Counted from the first letter of the stretch, positions 50,701 to 63,801 are shown. The stretch is 64,000 nucleotides of DNA from Lingula anatina (GCA_051362555.1 CM120647.1:15042651-15106650); one strand, 5' to 3'. Notes: generated by a model not told the origin, from the sequence alone. Numbers and translations are program-made.

Positions 50701-50969
50701 ACTCGCTTTGTCTGCTTTTCCAAAAATTGTGGATTTACCGAACTTGATAACACATATAGCCCAAAATTTTCACAGGAAACGGGCTTTTTTGACTCTTTTG
50801 CCTACAGAAAAAAACTTTTCCTCTAGAATTTTAAAAAAGTTATTAACTTGCCTACCTTACTAGTACTCACCGGTTGGTGGTTTTCAAAAAACATTCTGAC
50901 TCTTCCAGAAATGATACATAGGACTATCCCAACGACCAGCCCGGCAATTAAATCAGCGCTCAACCTCAT
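42316..50969 (-). CDS. METTL24: METTL24-like protein, copy 2, 316 aa; exons 50969-50871, 45771-45575, 45143-45012, 43925-43854, 43541-43409, 42633-42316
   Basis: Exon 1 MRLSADLIAGLVVGIVLCIISG... ends CCG|GTGAGT; same motifs and intron phases as copy 1; 951 nt in frame; 15-nt deletion and weak (gaag) acceptor in exon 5; introns inflated by transposons. Confidence 0.8.
42960..43398. mobile_element. Two adjacent PIF/Harbinger-like MITEs joined at a TTA
   Basis: tta|ggacccattccca ... ggaaataagctc|tta|gaccccattccca ... ggaatgcgctc; same family as 49.5-50.6 kb. Confidence 0.65.
44340..44630 (+). mobile_element. Degenerate Tc1-like transposase fragment
   Basis: Translations QDNACPRTARKAQAFL and RPDMSPIEHARDELGRRL...ELKAALVEGW correspond to the Tc1 QDNA.H and SPD.SPIE.W DDE motifs; frameshifted. 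Confidence 0.75.
46017..47712 (+). mobile_element. 5'-truncated, degenerate RTE-clade LINE (reverse transcriptase) in METTL24 copy 2 intron 1
   Basis: GPDEVVTEMLK, RTISLMSHTLKLL, CFID*KKAFDRV, NNIRYADD, LLYGS..., EMWFHRRMLRISY motifs with stops and frameshifts; ends in a (GA)n tail; absent at the homologous position in copy 3 (~55060). Confidence 0.88.
46169..46342. mobile_element. Small DNA element nested in the RTE LINE
   Basis: Interrupts the RT frame after LPKK; ends ggatccgcccctg; flanked by near-identical 6-mers gaaatc / gaaacc. Confidence 0.55.
48860..50610. mobile_element. Cluster of stacked and nested PIF/Harbinger-like MITEs (TTA TSD)
   Basis: Repeated termini g(a/g)..cattccca / tgggaa.g...c separated by TTA; element 50355-50547 is flanked by TTA inside element 50167-50610; empty-site version near 48945-48960. 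Confidence 0.72.
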
Positions 50970-51322
50970 GTTATTTCGTCTGGTACACAATTATTACTCT
51001 GAGCTCTAGGGCATGTGTGCGTCAGATGTAATACTAAGCACAGTATACTAGTATATTAAACACGGCGTAGGATAACAGTTATATAGGGCAACTGGTTAGA
51101 AAAACTTAACGTCATGTGAGTTATTTGTGACATTTCAATGAGTCCGCGTCACTAAGTAGTGCGATTTCACGACATCTGCGATAGCTAACCTAAAAACTCG
51201 TCCTTACAAATAAACCCTTTCCAAAACAAACCGGGATTATTTGAGTTTTCTTTTTGTATAGACACTAGGAAAAGACACGCTATAACTCCCGATTTCAAAG
51301 AATGGCTGAAATATGAACAGTA

Positions 51323-51911
51323 CCATGGCCCATAGGAGCCTACGCGTGCGACGCCCCTTAACATGCGAAAACGACATGCACCGTGCCTATTTCGTATGTT
51401 ATTAATAACTATAGCAGCGGAATTGACAAGACCCATGCCGCATTCGTCTTTAACTATAGAGCTTTGAGCCCAAAAAATCTTGCATTTATTGGAGCCAGCA
51501 AGTTACGAAATCAGCATGACTATGTCAATTTCGTGTTTTATAAGATGCAGAGTATAAGACAAAAGCAGCGTGGGTCTGGACAATTTCGCATCTATGGGCC
51601 TCAGTGAATGACGAACTGGACATAAACGTGTGAATTTCGAGTTTTATAACATAGCCATTTCAAGCTTAAAGAGACAAACGCCACATGGGTTGTGTCAATC
51701 TCACATCTATGCAGTTCAGTAAGTGGCGAAACAGACTCAGCCTTGTCATTTTCGGGTCCCAAAGCTCAGTAGTAAAAGACGAACGCGGCATAGGCCTTGT
51801 CAGTTCTGCTGTTATAGGGATTAATAACATACGAAATAGGCACGGTGCATGTCGTTTTCGTATGTTAAGGGGCGTCTAAAAGACGCACGCGTAGGCTCCT
51901 ATGGGCCATAG
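51323..51911. mobile_element. Tc1/mariner-type MITE with ~150-bp TIRs and TA TSD
   Basis: ta|ccatggcccataggagcctacgcgtgcg ... cgcacgcgtaggctcctatgggccatag|ta; the long TIR includes cgaaaacgacatgcaccgtgcctatttcgtatgttattaat. Confidence 0.82.
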
Positions 51912-52294
51912 TAGAACAATGTTGTACAGGGCGACCCCGTACAAAAAGGATCCCTTTATTATTATATCATATCGTACAAAGTCATTTTGATAGGGCCAAT
52001 GTGCAATGCATATGCCCTTAACTATCGCAATTTATTTGTGTAAAGTCCTTGGCGGAGGTCTGCGCTCTCCGGGTGCTTTTCTAGTTATTGTTATTATTAT
52101 TATCAAGTTAGAAGAATGGGAATGATAATTCCCTCATGAGCAGCAGATTTATTTTACATGTGTGTCTTCCTTATATTAACAATAAACTACAAAGTATCAG
52201 CCGAAACACTAGTAGGTCCATTCGAATGTATAGAGTTAAGGTCAGATACGGCAAAGTTATCCTTGGTCACCCACCTTATCCACTGACACTTTTT

Positions 52295-54245
52295 TTATCG
52301 CTTCTCGTTTACAAAATTCGTATTGACAAAATGTATATTTATAAAAGCGTGAACGAGGCGCTTCGTTTGAGGAGAAATTTTCCTGCACCAAGGATTAAAT
52401 TGGTACGATGAAAAGAATATTTTGAATCCAGTGTTCTTCAAGTCCTTGATAAGCTGCATCTGTTCCATCGTAGGTATAACACGACTGTTAAACGGTGTGT
52501 GGAGCTCAGCGGCCATCTGCTTTACTTTCAGTATACTTCTATCTTCTATCATGGTCTTTATAGCAGACCACTCCGACATTTCGATGTCAAATTTCAGAAA
52601 GTCTATAGTTCTCTGAAACAGTTTTAAGATATTTCATGAGTTAAATTGGATATGGTTCCCACATTTTAATATCGAAATTCTTCTTTTTTTTTAAAGTAAT
52701 TGACCACAAACAGTAATCGCCAACAATAATTACACTTTCTTAGCAATTTATCCACTCTCATAATTTATTTTTCCTGTTTGAAAAGAATATAACACATAAT
52801 TTACAAGGGTGTATGGATTCCGCTGTAACTGAATTAATGCGGTGGCACTAAATGAATGAGCCCTTATACTTACCTTAGTGTGACCAAGCAACTGCATAAT
52901 AGTACTGAGTTTTTTCACTGGAAATTTGCGCCTACCCATACGCTTCAATCCATCGGAACCACTTAAACCCAAATTATGAAAAAAATTAAGTGACTTTCTC
53001 TGGTAGTCTTCTTTTCCAATTCTACAGAAGGTAAAAATATTTGCGATTAGATGAGATGCTTTTGTTTATTTTTACTTACCAAATGAAAGTACGCCCACTA
53101 TATGACAATAGTTCTATTGGTTTTACCTTTCGTTGACGTGAAATGAAATAATTTAGATATATAACAAGAATTCAAAAAATAAGTCATAGGCTCAACCGCA
53201 AATTGTTTATATAACGTATATGTTTTTAGTTTGTTTTTTTTTTTCTTTTTCTTCTTTCTCTTTTTTATATTAATAAATATAGATTTTTCATAGCAATATA
53301 TATAATGACTCTACTTACGTTGGATCAAAAGAATGCACTTCGCAGCCCTTTTTCACCATATAATCATCGTAAGACCAGTCATCCTTTATCCTAAAAACAT
53401 CATCGCCATCAGTATAATCATTCTTATTCTTATTCTTATTTACATTATCATTATTTATTATTATACAGGAATATACGCATTTCTGTCTAATGCAGAATCG
53501 TCAAATTTATTGTTTTGTTCCCAAAAGAGTACATTGATTTGTCGCAGCATTAAAGCATGGACCTAACTAACTCTAGTTAGGTCCATGATTAAAGTAATGC
53601 AATTCAAGTTTGTGGCGGAGTGTTTTATTTTGCGTTTCACTAAGGATCTATAAGGCTGCCTCATATATACTGCCTGACCCCAGGGGTCAGCACTGTTCTG
53701 TTACACAAATGCTGAATAGCCGCTGCGATATTTCAGAATACAGGTATCAAGCATCAGTTTAAGAAAACGTTTTATGCTTCTGCTATAGAAACCAAGCCTT
53801 AGTAGATATACTAAGCAGATATACCCAAAAGAGTAGACCAGGCACTGGTTTCTCTTGATGTTAAACGGCGGGTCCAAGCATACTTCCCAGCCGCCTTCGT
53901 CTATGTTCCCAGCACGTACCCGTTCACGGCAGTCGTACTGTTGGGTAACGATATATCTGAAAATGGTAATATTGAACATTAAAAAAATACTATACTCCTT
54001 TGAGTTTCTTGATAGGAAGGGGATACTTTCCTCAGTATTGCATCGTGTTATTTATAAATAATACAATATACCCACACTGAAATACTACCTCTATATGAAA
54101 GCCGTCTTTCAACCAATAAGTCTTCTAAAAAAGAAATATAGGCGCTAAACATTTGAATAGTAAGACGCATAGATTGCAATATTCTCAACGGATTTTTTTG
54201 ATAGAGTGTGTATTGTTAATAATGGTAAAAATGCCGAATTTTTTA

Positions 54246-54283
<38 letters not shown>

Positions 54284-56541
54284 TAAAGCGTGCATTGTAA
54301 GCCTTTAAACAATTAAACAGTGGCCTAAGCAACAGTCAAATCAATCGATTAAAGTGTTTAAGTACATAAGCTTTATCGATCGATAAATCAATCAATCAAT
54401 CAATCAATCAATTGGACCTATACAGCAGATCAACACGTTTATCATGTACAGGAACTTCAATGCAGCGGTAATCTATGACATTCTGGCAGATAGGCCTATA
54501 GAAACAAGTTAATGTCACTGTACCTGAGATAGTCCATTTCTAATATATCATACTCCTTCTTCGTCATACCATTATAGACGGTCGTCTCTCTGTCATCTAC
54601 AGGTAGTTGTAAATATACAAAGTCGTTATCTTTGTCCAGTTCCACAAAGAAAGGATGGGTGTATCTTGATTTTGTTTTGACTGCTTTGATTGACGGTTGT
54701 GGCTGGCGTTGTAATAGCTAGAAATGAATTCAAGCCATGAGTTCATGCCATGCACCCATACAGTGGGGAGCAAAATGTTCTTAAACATTTAAGCTGGCCA
54801 AGTTGACAGCAATTTAGTGAGACTCTCCAGGGAGATAGATAGATCGACCCAAATATCTGTGGGAATGGTCTCTTACATTTATGAAATACCAGAGCTAAAA
54901 AATTGGATCCATAGTGAGTTAAGTAAGGATTATGGCAAACCAAAACAATCTGAATTGAGAGCCACAAAGGATGCAATGGAAAAATACTGTGCAATCTTAA
55001 AAACTTGTTATAAACAAAAAAGTAGACATCACTTTCTTTGATGATAAGATACCATAAGAAATGAGAATAAAATTTTTGTTGTATAATATTTGGTTAAGTA
55101 ATTAAATGAAAGGTATTGCATGGAATATATTCCACTGCACGGTATATAAATAAATGAACATCATACAGTATTTTAAAATCTGACATTTATTCAATGCCTT
55201 TGGTGCCTTTGATGATATCTTAAAGTTACTGACAAGAGTTATGATCGTCAAAACAGCGAAACTGATTTATTCGTGCATTGCATTATTCAATAATGCATCT
55301 GCCGTTTTTCTGAATGAAAGCAATAAAAGCACCATGAATATATAAAATATAGGCGCTTAGCATAAGGATAGGCATCTCGGCGCGATAATCGTCAACTATA
55401 CAGCTTTCTATGTAACTTCGTCCCTGCAAGAGATTTCATCATAAAATTTTGCATAGGTGTATGAGGTTTGATCCTGTGCCGTCATTTTGGTTTAAATGTT
55501 TTTGTCATGGAGTCATGAGCCCGTAATAACAATGCTTCATTAAACAAAGGTATTGTTTTTCCTTATTTTAAAACGATAAAATCTAAGGTTTTAAAGAAAA
55601 AATGCTGGCAGGGTTTTGAAGTACTTAATGATGTCATAAAATTGGCTTAAAACGGTTTTTGCAGGTGCTCAGGCAAAAGGGAAATTTGAAAAATCTATTT
55701 TTTAGCCCAAAATCACAATTATAACGTCATCGGTAAAATGACGTTCGAGTAAATGCAAAAGAATTAATAAGATAATTATGTTACATTATCGGACTACCCT
55801 TTTCAGACCAAGTAATACTAAAATCTAATTTTGTTACTCCTAACAAAATGCTTTTCAGTCAACCCCATCCAGTTTCATGTTTAAAAAAAGATACAGAGCA
55901 TATAAATTGAGCAATATACGGGCCTGTACATTGATGCGGTATTATTTTCAAATCACATTATCGCTATCTATTCACTCACTTATTCATTTACCGCTTCTAT
56001 TTTCTCTAACTCCATTTTAGTACTATCATTTACATTACTTTAAGGGCAACTGCATGGGATTTACCCGCCAAAATGGATTTCCCCAGGGAAATAAGTAATT
56101 TTCTTGCACTAACGAATATTTATCAATCCCTTTCTGCACTTGGGTTCAACCTTTAATTAAATTTATAAAGGTTGATTTAGTGTCAAATGACTGGCCAGTC
56201 ACCGTCGACCATTTTTCCTAAGTTCCAATGGAAGTATTAACAACATGTACACTCCAGAGAAAGTCAGAGGTTTATCGTTTTTAAGGTGTATTTAAGGTTT
56301 TACAAGAAGCTTTGGATGGCAAAAATAAACATTTGGTGGACATTCATGGACAACCATGGAGTGTACCTTTAATTCATTTAATTGCTTATATGCATCATTA
56401 TACAGTATTTGATAGAATAATTAACACTGACACAATACTCACCGTCGGATTGTTTTCAAGTAACGTTCTTAATTCTCCAAAAATAAGAAACAGGACTATC
56501 CCAGCGACCACCCCGGCAATAAAATAAGCGTTCAATCTCAT
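52295..56541 (-). CDS. METTL24: METTL24-like protein, copy 3, 320 aa; exons 56541-56443, 54717-54524, 53956-53825, 53390-53319, 53021-52874, 52612-52295
   Basis: Exon 1 MRLNAYFIAGVVAGIVLFLIFG... ends ACG|GTGAGT; all introns GT-AG with the same phases and motifs as copies 1 and 2; 963 nt in frame. Confidence 0.86.
56044..56368. mobile_element. Degenerate TTAA-flanked Kolobok-like MITE; related partial copy at ~57710-57900
   Basis: ttaa|gggcaactgcatgg ... ccatggagtgtacct|ttaa; catgggatttacccgccaaaatggattt is repeated at 57720. Confidence 0.5.
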
Positions 56542-58138
56542 GTTATTTCGTCTGGTACACAATTATCACTCTGAGCTCTAGGGTATGTGTGTGTGTGTGT
56601 GTGTGTGTGTCAGATGAAATATCCACATGCGTATTAAACAAAGTTACGGGTGATCAATTATTCAAACAGCACGGTTAAGATTATTCGAAACGAATGCATC
56701 CCACTAGATAACTATCAGCTTATATAACCGGCTTAAATGTCTGTCCTGTCTACTAACATTTTACTTGCCACTGATGCATGGGAGAGGGTATATAACAGTG
56801 AACTCACATCTTCAGTTCCAACTCTAAAAATCCCTTTATTAGGTCCAAACATTCAGCATTGATACACATTATCCCCAGGGAATCTATCTGCCTGTCACAG
56901 TGGCAGCAACTCATTTAAATACTAATTGCAATGCAATAGGTAACAAGTGAGAGTTTCTTCTTATCACTTATATCAGTTCTACTTTAATAAATTGAAAATT
57001 GAATATCAGGTATACCTTTACAGAGGATGTTAAATATTCTTTCAAGACTGAAGCAAGGTGAATGATAATATGCTGTCTGATTATATAAACATGATTTGTA
57101 AATGTGCACATGCATTTAGTGGAACTTAACATCCTAGCAAAAGCAGAGGAGAGAAACTGAGCCAATGCAATTAGGATTTCTTCTTCTTGGGATTTCATCA
57201 TGATAGTAAACTTGTTCTGATTTGTTATAACGTTAGCAGTTGGAACGCAGGTACATAATTTATAGCTTGAGCAAAGTCTGGTTCCTAAAACCGCAAGCCA
57301 CTACAGTGTCAGATTGCGGTTAATAATATGGAGATTGTTACAAAAGGCAGCCTTATTAGAAAAAAAATGGACCAACTATGAATGTCGGAATAAAGTTATT
57401 TACCATTAATGGAATGGGCAAATCGCCGTTTACCACAGGAAAGTCCCCCTTTTTTTTTTTTTTTTTTTTTGCCAAAACAAACAGTTGTTATCCGTTAAAC
57501 CTTTCAGCGATAGCGAATAAAACACTATGCGCCAGTTATGTACATATATATGCATCAACGACATATCAAAACATAAGAATCATAAATGGTCCTGCAAATG
57601 TAAGATCTTCCAGGATTGACAAAATACAAACAGAAAAAAACGAAAATGTAGGAGCCACATACATGTACCTTTACGAAAATTCCCTGTCGGCTACAAACAC
57701 TATACATGTAAAGAGACACCATGGGATTTACCCGCCAAAATGGATTTTCCAAGGGAAATAAGCAATTTTCTTATACTAACAATCCGATTGTCTATTCATC
57801 TCTGGACTTGAATTCGACCTTTTAGTTAAATCTTGGACATAATAATGAATTAAGTCCAAGGTTAAATTAAAAAAGTTGATATAGTTTAAGATGACTGGCC
57901 ATGAAATTAATTCTATGCACAAATTCTCTGGACAGTGGAGTAAATGTCTCGAATAAGCAACGCAGAGACATATGTTCGCAAATATCTAGAGAAAAGTCAA
58001 GCTATGGTCCTGGTAAAAGGTTCACAAAAACACAATCGTCAAGACGGTGACCCGCAACAGCAGGCCAACCCAAAATAGGTCACTGGTTTCTCGCTTTTGA
58101 TTCTGTAAAATGGAAAACCAGGTCAGGAGTGACTTAAA

Positions 58139-58476
58139 ATGGCAGCTCTTCAACCTAGCCTGGATGCAGCAAGCACTAAGGACAGACTCAAGGGGTGGGT
58201 AGCTATAGTCACAGGGGGAGCCGGTGGTATAGGCAGTGCATGTGTACGACGATTCTTGAATGACGGAGCACTTAATTGTTGCCTTCTTCGACATCGACCA
58301 AGTTGCCGGGAAACAGTTGGAGGCTAAGCTCCAGGCGGATGGCTTTGAGACGAAATTTTACCAGGTCGACGTTTCTGACAGAGAGGCGTGCTACAAGGCC
58401 GTTAGCCACGTAGCTAACCAGTACGGTGGCTGCATCAACTTTCTTGTGAACTGTGCTGCGGCATTTATATTAAAAG
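58139..58476 (+). pseudogene. Exon 1 of a classical short-chain dehydrogenase/reductase with an internal frameshift at ~58271 (pseudogene, null allele or sequence error)
   Basis: RLKGWVAIVTGGAGGIGSACVRRFLNDGA in one frame continues as IVAFFDIDQ...YQVDVSD...INFLVNCAA in the next frame; ends at GC-type donor AAAG|GCAAGT; no later exons recognised in the window. Confidence 0.7.
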
Positions 58477-58599
58477 GCAAGTTGAAGTTACGGATTGCGG
58501 GAAACGATTTCCGACACCCCACGAGCATTTTTTACAAAATCATTTTTACAAAATCATATAAAAAGCACCACCTTTGTTATATATCCCAATATATATATA

Positions 58600-61500
58600 C
58601 AGACTTGACATTTAATGTGGAATATTTTCTCCAAACTATAATTAATTAGTTTTTTTCCTATTTTGCTGACTGATACATGAAAATAAGGATTAAAATCGTG
58701 TTTTAAAAACTTTTGATAATCTGTTCGATGTCATTGTGACATCAGTTCATTAATTGAATTCGCCAGTGAAGCAAACAAAAATACATTGCCTATTTTAAGT
58801 TGTACGACAACCATTGAAAGCGATATTTTGGATCTCCATATTTCCAAATTGTCGTCTTTAAAAGAGTTACATGACCCACAAAGGCCCCTCATCTCAGTGT
58901 CTAGTCAAAGCAATGGTCGCTGTTATGCAGGACCCCCTCTTGCTGCTACCAGAGCTTTCAAGCGGCAAGGCATTCCTTGGGATAGGTTTTTAGAGTTTAA
59001 TCTGGAAGAAAATTCCAGGCAACGGTTAAAACTTGTCCAATTTGGTTCAGTTTTTTTTTTTTTTTTCTTTTTACAGGGCGTTGATACAGCTAGTAATGAC
59101 CTACCCACATATTGTCTATGTGGTTCAAATATGGCGATTTTGATGACCAAGGTAACTGCTCATTCCCTTGGTTCTGCAAGTTATCTGCCATTAAAAGTGC
59201 TTTGTGTGAACCGGCAATCTCATCGTGCGACCTAAAATTGCTCCTAAGGTGCCCCCTTTCAGATGATGGTTAAGTGGTTTCCAGAGTATTCCTTTATTTA
59301 ATCTGGTTCAGGTTTCCATTGATGACTCCCATTGGTAGTTTGGCACCAATGTGGTATCCACTCTGAATAGTGACGCTGTCAATGACCCTAGTCACTTAAG
59401 AAGTGGCCTCTTCAGGATATCTATAAACTCCGTTTTGACCAGTTTAGCGGTACAGGTGAAATCTGACCTCAATAAAGAAACCCGTGTTCTACCCAGAAAC
59501 GGTCATGGTTCCCAATTCATTAGAGAAACAGACTACGCTGTTTTGCTGTTTACAATGGCTTCCTCAGAGGTCGCCTGATATCTTACAGAGCATTCCGTTT
59601 GACACAATAATCTGTCTTGCCATATCTGTATTTTTCGAGCCCTTCTGGCACAGGTTATCAATTTTATAAAACACTGCTTAACTCATTTTACGCACTGCAA
59701 AACAGACCGCTTGCATGCCAAATTTCGAATTCTTCGATTCAGTAGTTGCCGACATATGGATACTTTTTTTTGACAGAATCATGTTTCATCAAAGGCAAGC
59801 TTTGACCAGCCCAGGAGCACTAGCCAATTAAATCATTGCATATTATACAATGCAGCAGTGGTAGCGACACACCTGACTTCATACTTCTCCAGTCAGATAT
59901 CTTATGGGAGATCTGAGTTTTTTGAAAAAAGAACGCATTTTTACCTAGGTATACCTTTAAAACTGAAATATTCCATATTAAGAGCTTGTCCACGAGAGAA
60001 CCAGCCCAGGGTGGCAAGGTGGGGGTCAGCGGATTTCAACCAAATTTGTTGTATGGAGGCATATTAGGAAGTTATTCATGAGTTAGGAAGGAATCCCAAA
60101 AATATCCTTTCTTCAGAGAATTATAGCCTATTATAAGTCATGGCTTATGTAGCCTCTTTGAGACTCCATTTTTACCTTGGAAAAATAATGATATATTTTG
60201 TGTAAATTAAACAAAAATGGAGAAAACTAAAAAATATTAGACCTTACAATCATTGAAAACAATCATTTGGCTTGCCACAGATATATGTAGAATTCAGATA
60301 AGACCCTGCTTGGGCGAGCCACACCCATTTATAACACCCCTCCCCCCAAAGTCCAATTTTGATACTACCATCTTTAATTGCATATATCTCCATCTTCACA
60401 GGGTTTACAGCTATAAAACTGCATGAATATTTTAGGCAGATATGGGTCATTCCAAATCAAGTTTCAAAAGTTACTGCTGTATTAAAACAGGTACTGAAAA
60501 ATACCTCCAAAGTTGGCCATTTTTAAGGCAAAAAATCATGGTGGATTCATTCAAGTCTATGTAGACGATAGGTTTGATTAATTTATTAAACCATTTTGCT
60601 TTACAATGATGTTACTAAATTAATAGGGCTGGTGAACATGGAAAGTGGGTGTGTACTAATGAATATCAGGTCAGTAGGTCAAGGTCACTGGGCTTCATAT
60701 TTGTAAATTGCCATATATGGACTTCTTAATTTATATGGACAAAAAATTTAGAGGAAATAAATCATAGATTCTGTTACTTTGGATAGGCACTGGCAATTAA
60801 CTTGAGAGTTTACAAGATAATTTTAATATATATATTTTTTTTTAATATCATCAATTTGGTGAATACAAATTAAAATCTTAGTTTAGTAGCGATTTCTTTT
60901 TGGTGCAATATTTATCATATAGAGATCAGGATATGCCATAGTATTTATGATAGCAAAGCCAGAACAAATCTTTTTCAATTATCAAGAGTTTTTTTTTAAT
61001 CATCCACACCACTTTTTGGTGACTATTTATGAGCATACAGTAACTAAAAAATTATTCAATTTAGTTTATTGTTGTCTCAGATGAATAATTACAAATAATA
61101 AAAAAATCACAAAATTATAATATAGCAATACATGCAAAGCAGTGCAACATTAGTTGTGATCATTACAAACTATATCATAATGTAGCAAAACAAGATAATT
61201 TTCTATTCAAAAAGCAAAACTAACACAACCGCAAAATATATCCTGGTGTTATGAAACATCTTTGCAGTTTTGTATCAAACATTACAGCTCATAACATCAA
61301 AGTTTTTAATACATTCAAAAATAACTGCCGATTTTTTCTTCCTGAATAGTCTGTAACCCTCCTTACTGACATTTCAATCTCATCTTCATGCTCACAAATG
61401 CTAGGTTCTGCTGGCCTGTTTCTTGTGCCCTTCTAAACTCCTTCAGTAAAAACTCCTTTACTTTATTTGAATATAGTTTCAAAGGTTTAGATGATTTTAA

Positions 61501-63780
61501 AGCTCATCCATTGTGTAACTCAGTGAGATATTCAAGAGGGTGGAGTTCTCTCACAGCTGATGTGCTTTAAGTTTTTCTTTAGTCAGATTGTTGGCCCACT
61601 AGACTTTAATTTGATCAAAAGCTGTTTTTTTTTGGCACATTTCATAACTGTGGTCTAAAAAAGGACCTTACAAATACTCTTCAGTCTTAGTAGCAAAAGA
61701 TTTCAGAGAAAACTTCTCTGGACAAGAAAAAATTTCCCTGTTTGTGATCTTGCTTGGTATAGTCCCAGTTGGCATATTTGCCTCAGAAAAACCCAAATTA
61801 ACTTTAACATCAGTATCACTCATGTTAAAACTGCTCAAGGAAGGAAAACACCTTTTCTTATGTTGTAGGAATCAAGAAAGCTAAATTGTTGTAATTGGAC
61901 ACTCCAGTCCACGCAGGTTTGGAAGATGTCTGTCTAGCTAGATGTAGAAAATGACTCCAACTGCAGAAACTAGGGCCTCATGCATCTCCTCAGCATTTGT
62001 TATATTGTGGCTTTCATTTACATACATGCCTTTTTACAACAGCCATCATTTCCACACTAGTTTCAGTTTCTGCAAGACTTTGGACTCTTTTGCTGACCAT
62101 AAGATCACTGTGTGTCAAATAACACTTCTCAAATATGCCTGAAATATAAATATAGCTTACTATAGACACATGAAAACACTTATCTGAAAGTTAATTGATA
62201 CATTGATGAAAAATAAATTATTATCCCATTTGTCCATGTTTTATAAGTAAGGCATGGTTTCGAATATTAATTATGATGAGCCTAGCAATTTTGCCAAGAC
62301 CAGCCCTAGCTTCAATCTAATTCCAATTGTTACCCTTAAATTTATTTTACCCAAGTACCATTAAACCTACATAAATACCCACACAAATATAGCTTAAAAG
62401 ATAAAATTATCACAGGTCCTTAGGCTGCAATTTCATTATTTGAAAGGGGGCATTTTTCTTTTTAAAAAAATGGAGCGTTTACCATTAAAAAATTACACCT
62501 AGATCATTTTTCTGAGTGAACTTTTTTTCTGGATTTTAGCCTGTATTAAAATACAAACAAACCCGTTTCTTACCTGAACCAAGTGGCATCAGTATATTCA
62601 AATGGCTTTTTGTCTACACTGACATCTGCAAGTTAATCCCATGACATACAGTGTATTTCGTTATAGGCTAGTTTTCCCGTGTGGAAGGTTTCCAGCACAA
62701 ACCAAGCCCATATCCCAGTGCTGGTCACATGGTGTAACCCATTTATTCTCCCAAAGATACTTGAAAAAGTCCAATTGCTGTCATCGGATACAAAAGAATT
62801 CACACCTGACAAGAATCAGTGTGCTTTCGTAACTCACGCTGTTTTGCTTCACGTAAACGCGACGAAGATGACTGTTAATATCTCTGTTGCAATTTTTCAA
62901 TACACTACATGTTTTTTTATATCTGTAGACAGAGTATAAACCACATGATATACGACTTCGTTGAGGAAGATTTGTAAACAAACAGTCTGCGATTTCCGCC
63001 ATGTTGGATAATGACGTTGTGTTGTTCTGACTTTAGTACATTAGTTTCACATGGTTTTAAAATGTGTTAGATGCTTGTTTTAACCAGAAAAAAATTAGAA
63101 TAGGTAAAATGAAAATAAAAAGTTCAACTAACAGTGTTTTAAACCATTCGTTGACTTGAAAGAGATGGCTGAAGTTCAGTGCACCGATATACGTGTTCGG
63201 ATATATTTACGAAAAATGAAGAAATTAGGTCATGTTCTATCTGTTACAACGGACAAGTTGTAGAACAGCAGTAAGTTTTGATTTCATGTATAAATAGATT
63301 AATGAGTTATCTGTTAGTCCTGAACACGCTTTACCCCAAAGACCTGTGAAGATGAAGATATTGTCAAAAATAGAAGGGGGGTGTTCAAAGCATGTGGTTT
63401 GTAGGCCTGAGAAAAACGCTTGGTTTGTTACCATGGAAACAAAGAGAGTGGAAAAAGTGTATATCATTTTAATCCCCTATCTTTAGGTTATAATATATCA
63501 CCAAACTAAATCATTTGGTGACACCTGTATAAACTTTAAGGCCAATATACAATATAACCCTGTTTTTCAGAAGAATTTTTGGTTGATAAACCCCCCAAAT
63601 TGTCACTGGCCATATCTCTGTAAGTAGGGATTTTTTTCAGGAAATATTGCAGCCTCGGATATTGTTCATATAAAGGTTCAAACACACCAAATATGATGTA
63701 AATCCGTTCACCCCCACCTTGCCGCATTTTCTACATTTGGTTTGGTTTTCTCGTGGACACACACTTAAATGCCAAGTCTG
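58600..63780. mobile_element. TA-flanked non-autonomous DNA element (~1.4 kb of own sequence) whose right TIR is split by the Sola3-like insertion
   Basis: Left end ta|cagacttgacatttaatgtggaatattt; removing 59982-63768 rebuilds gaaatattccata-ttaa-atgccaagtctg|ta, its reverse complement. Confidence 0.65.
59982..63764 (-). mobile_element. Sola3-like DNA transposon, internally deleted, with a degenerate spliced transposase remnant (ATG 63002; intron ~62573-62139)
   Basis: TTAA TSD (59978-59981, 63765-63768); GAG... terminus; TIRs share gtccacgaga and ggcaaggtgggggt..cggattt. Remnant peptides MAEIADCLF...NCNRDINSHL...ESTLILVR, LGLCWKPS, GINLQMS, LMPLGS|GIFEKC and the C-terminal FSCPE...KVKEFLLKEF...ETG...MR...IGSYF. 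Superfamily assignment is from recalled motifs, not a search. Confidence 0.62.
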
Positions 63781-63801
63781 TATAAACAGTTAGGACCGTA
63801 C

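Noticed and set aside
59077-59151. Exon 2 of the frameshifted SDR (strong acceptor and AAG|GTAACT donor)
   Set aside because: Phase is incompatible with the phase-1 donor at 58476 (immediate stop), there are no SDR motifs, and it lies inside a transposon.
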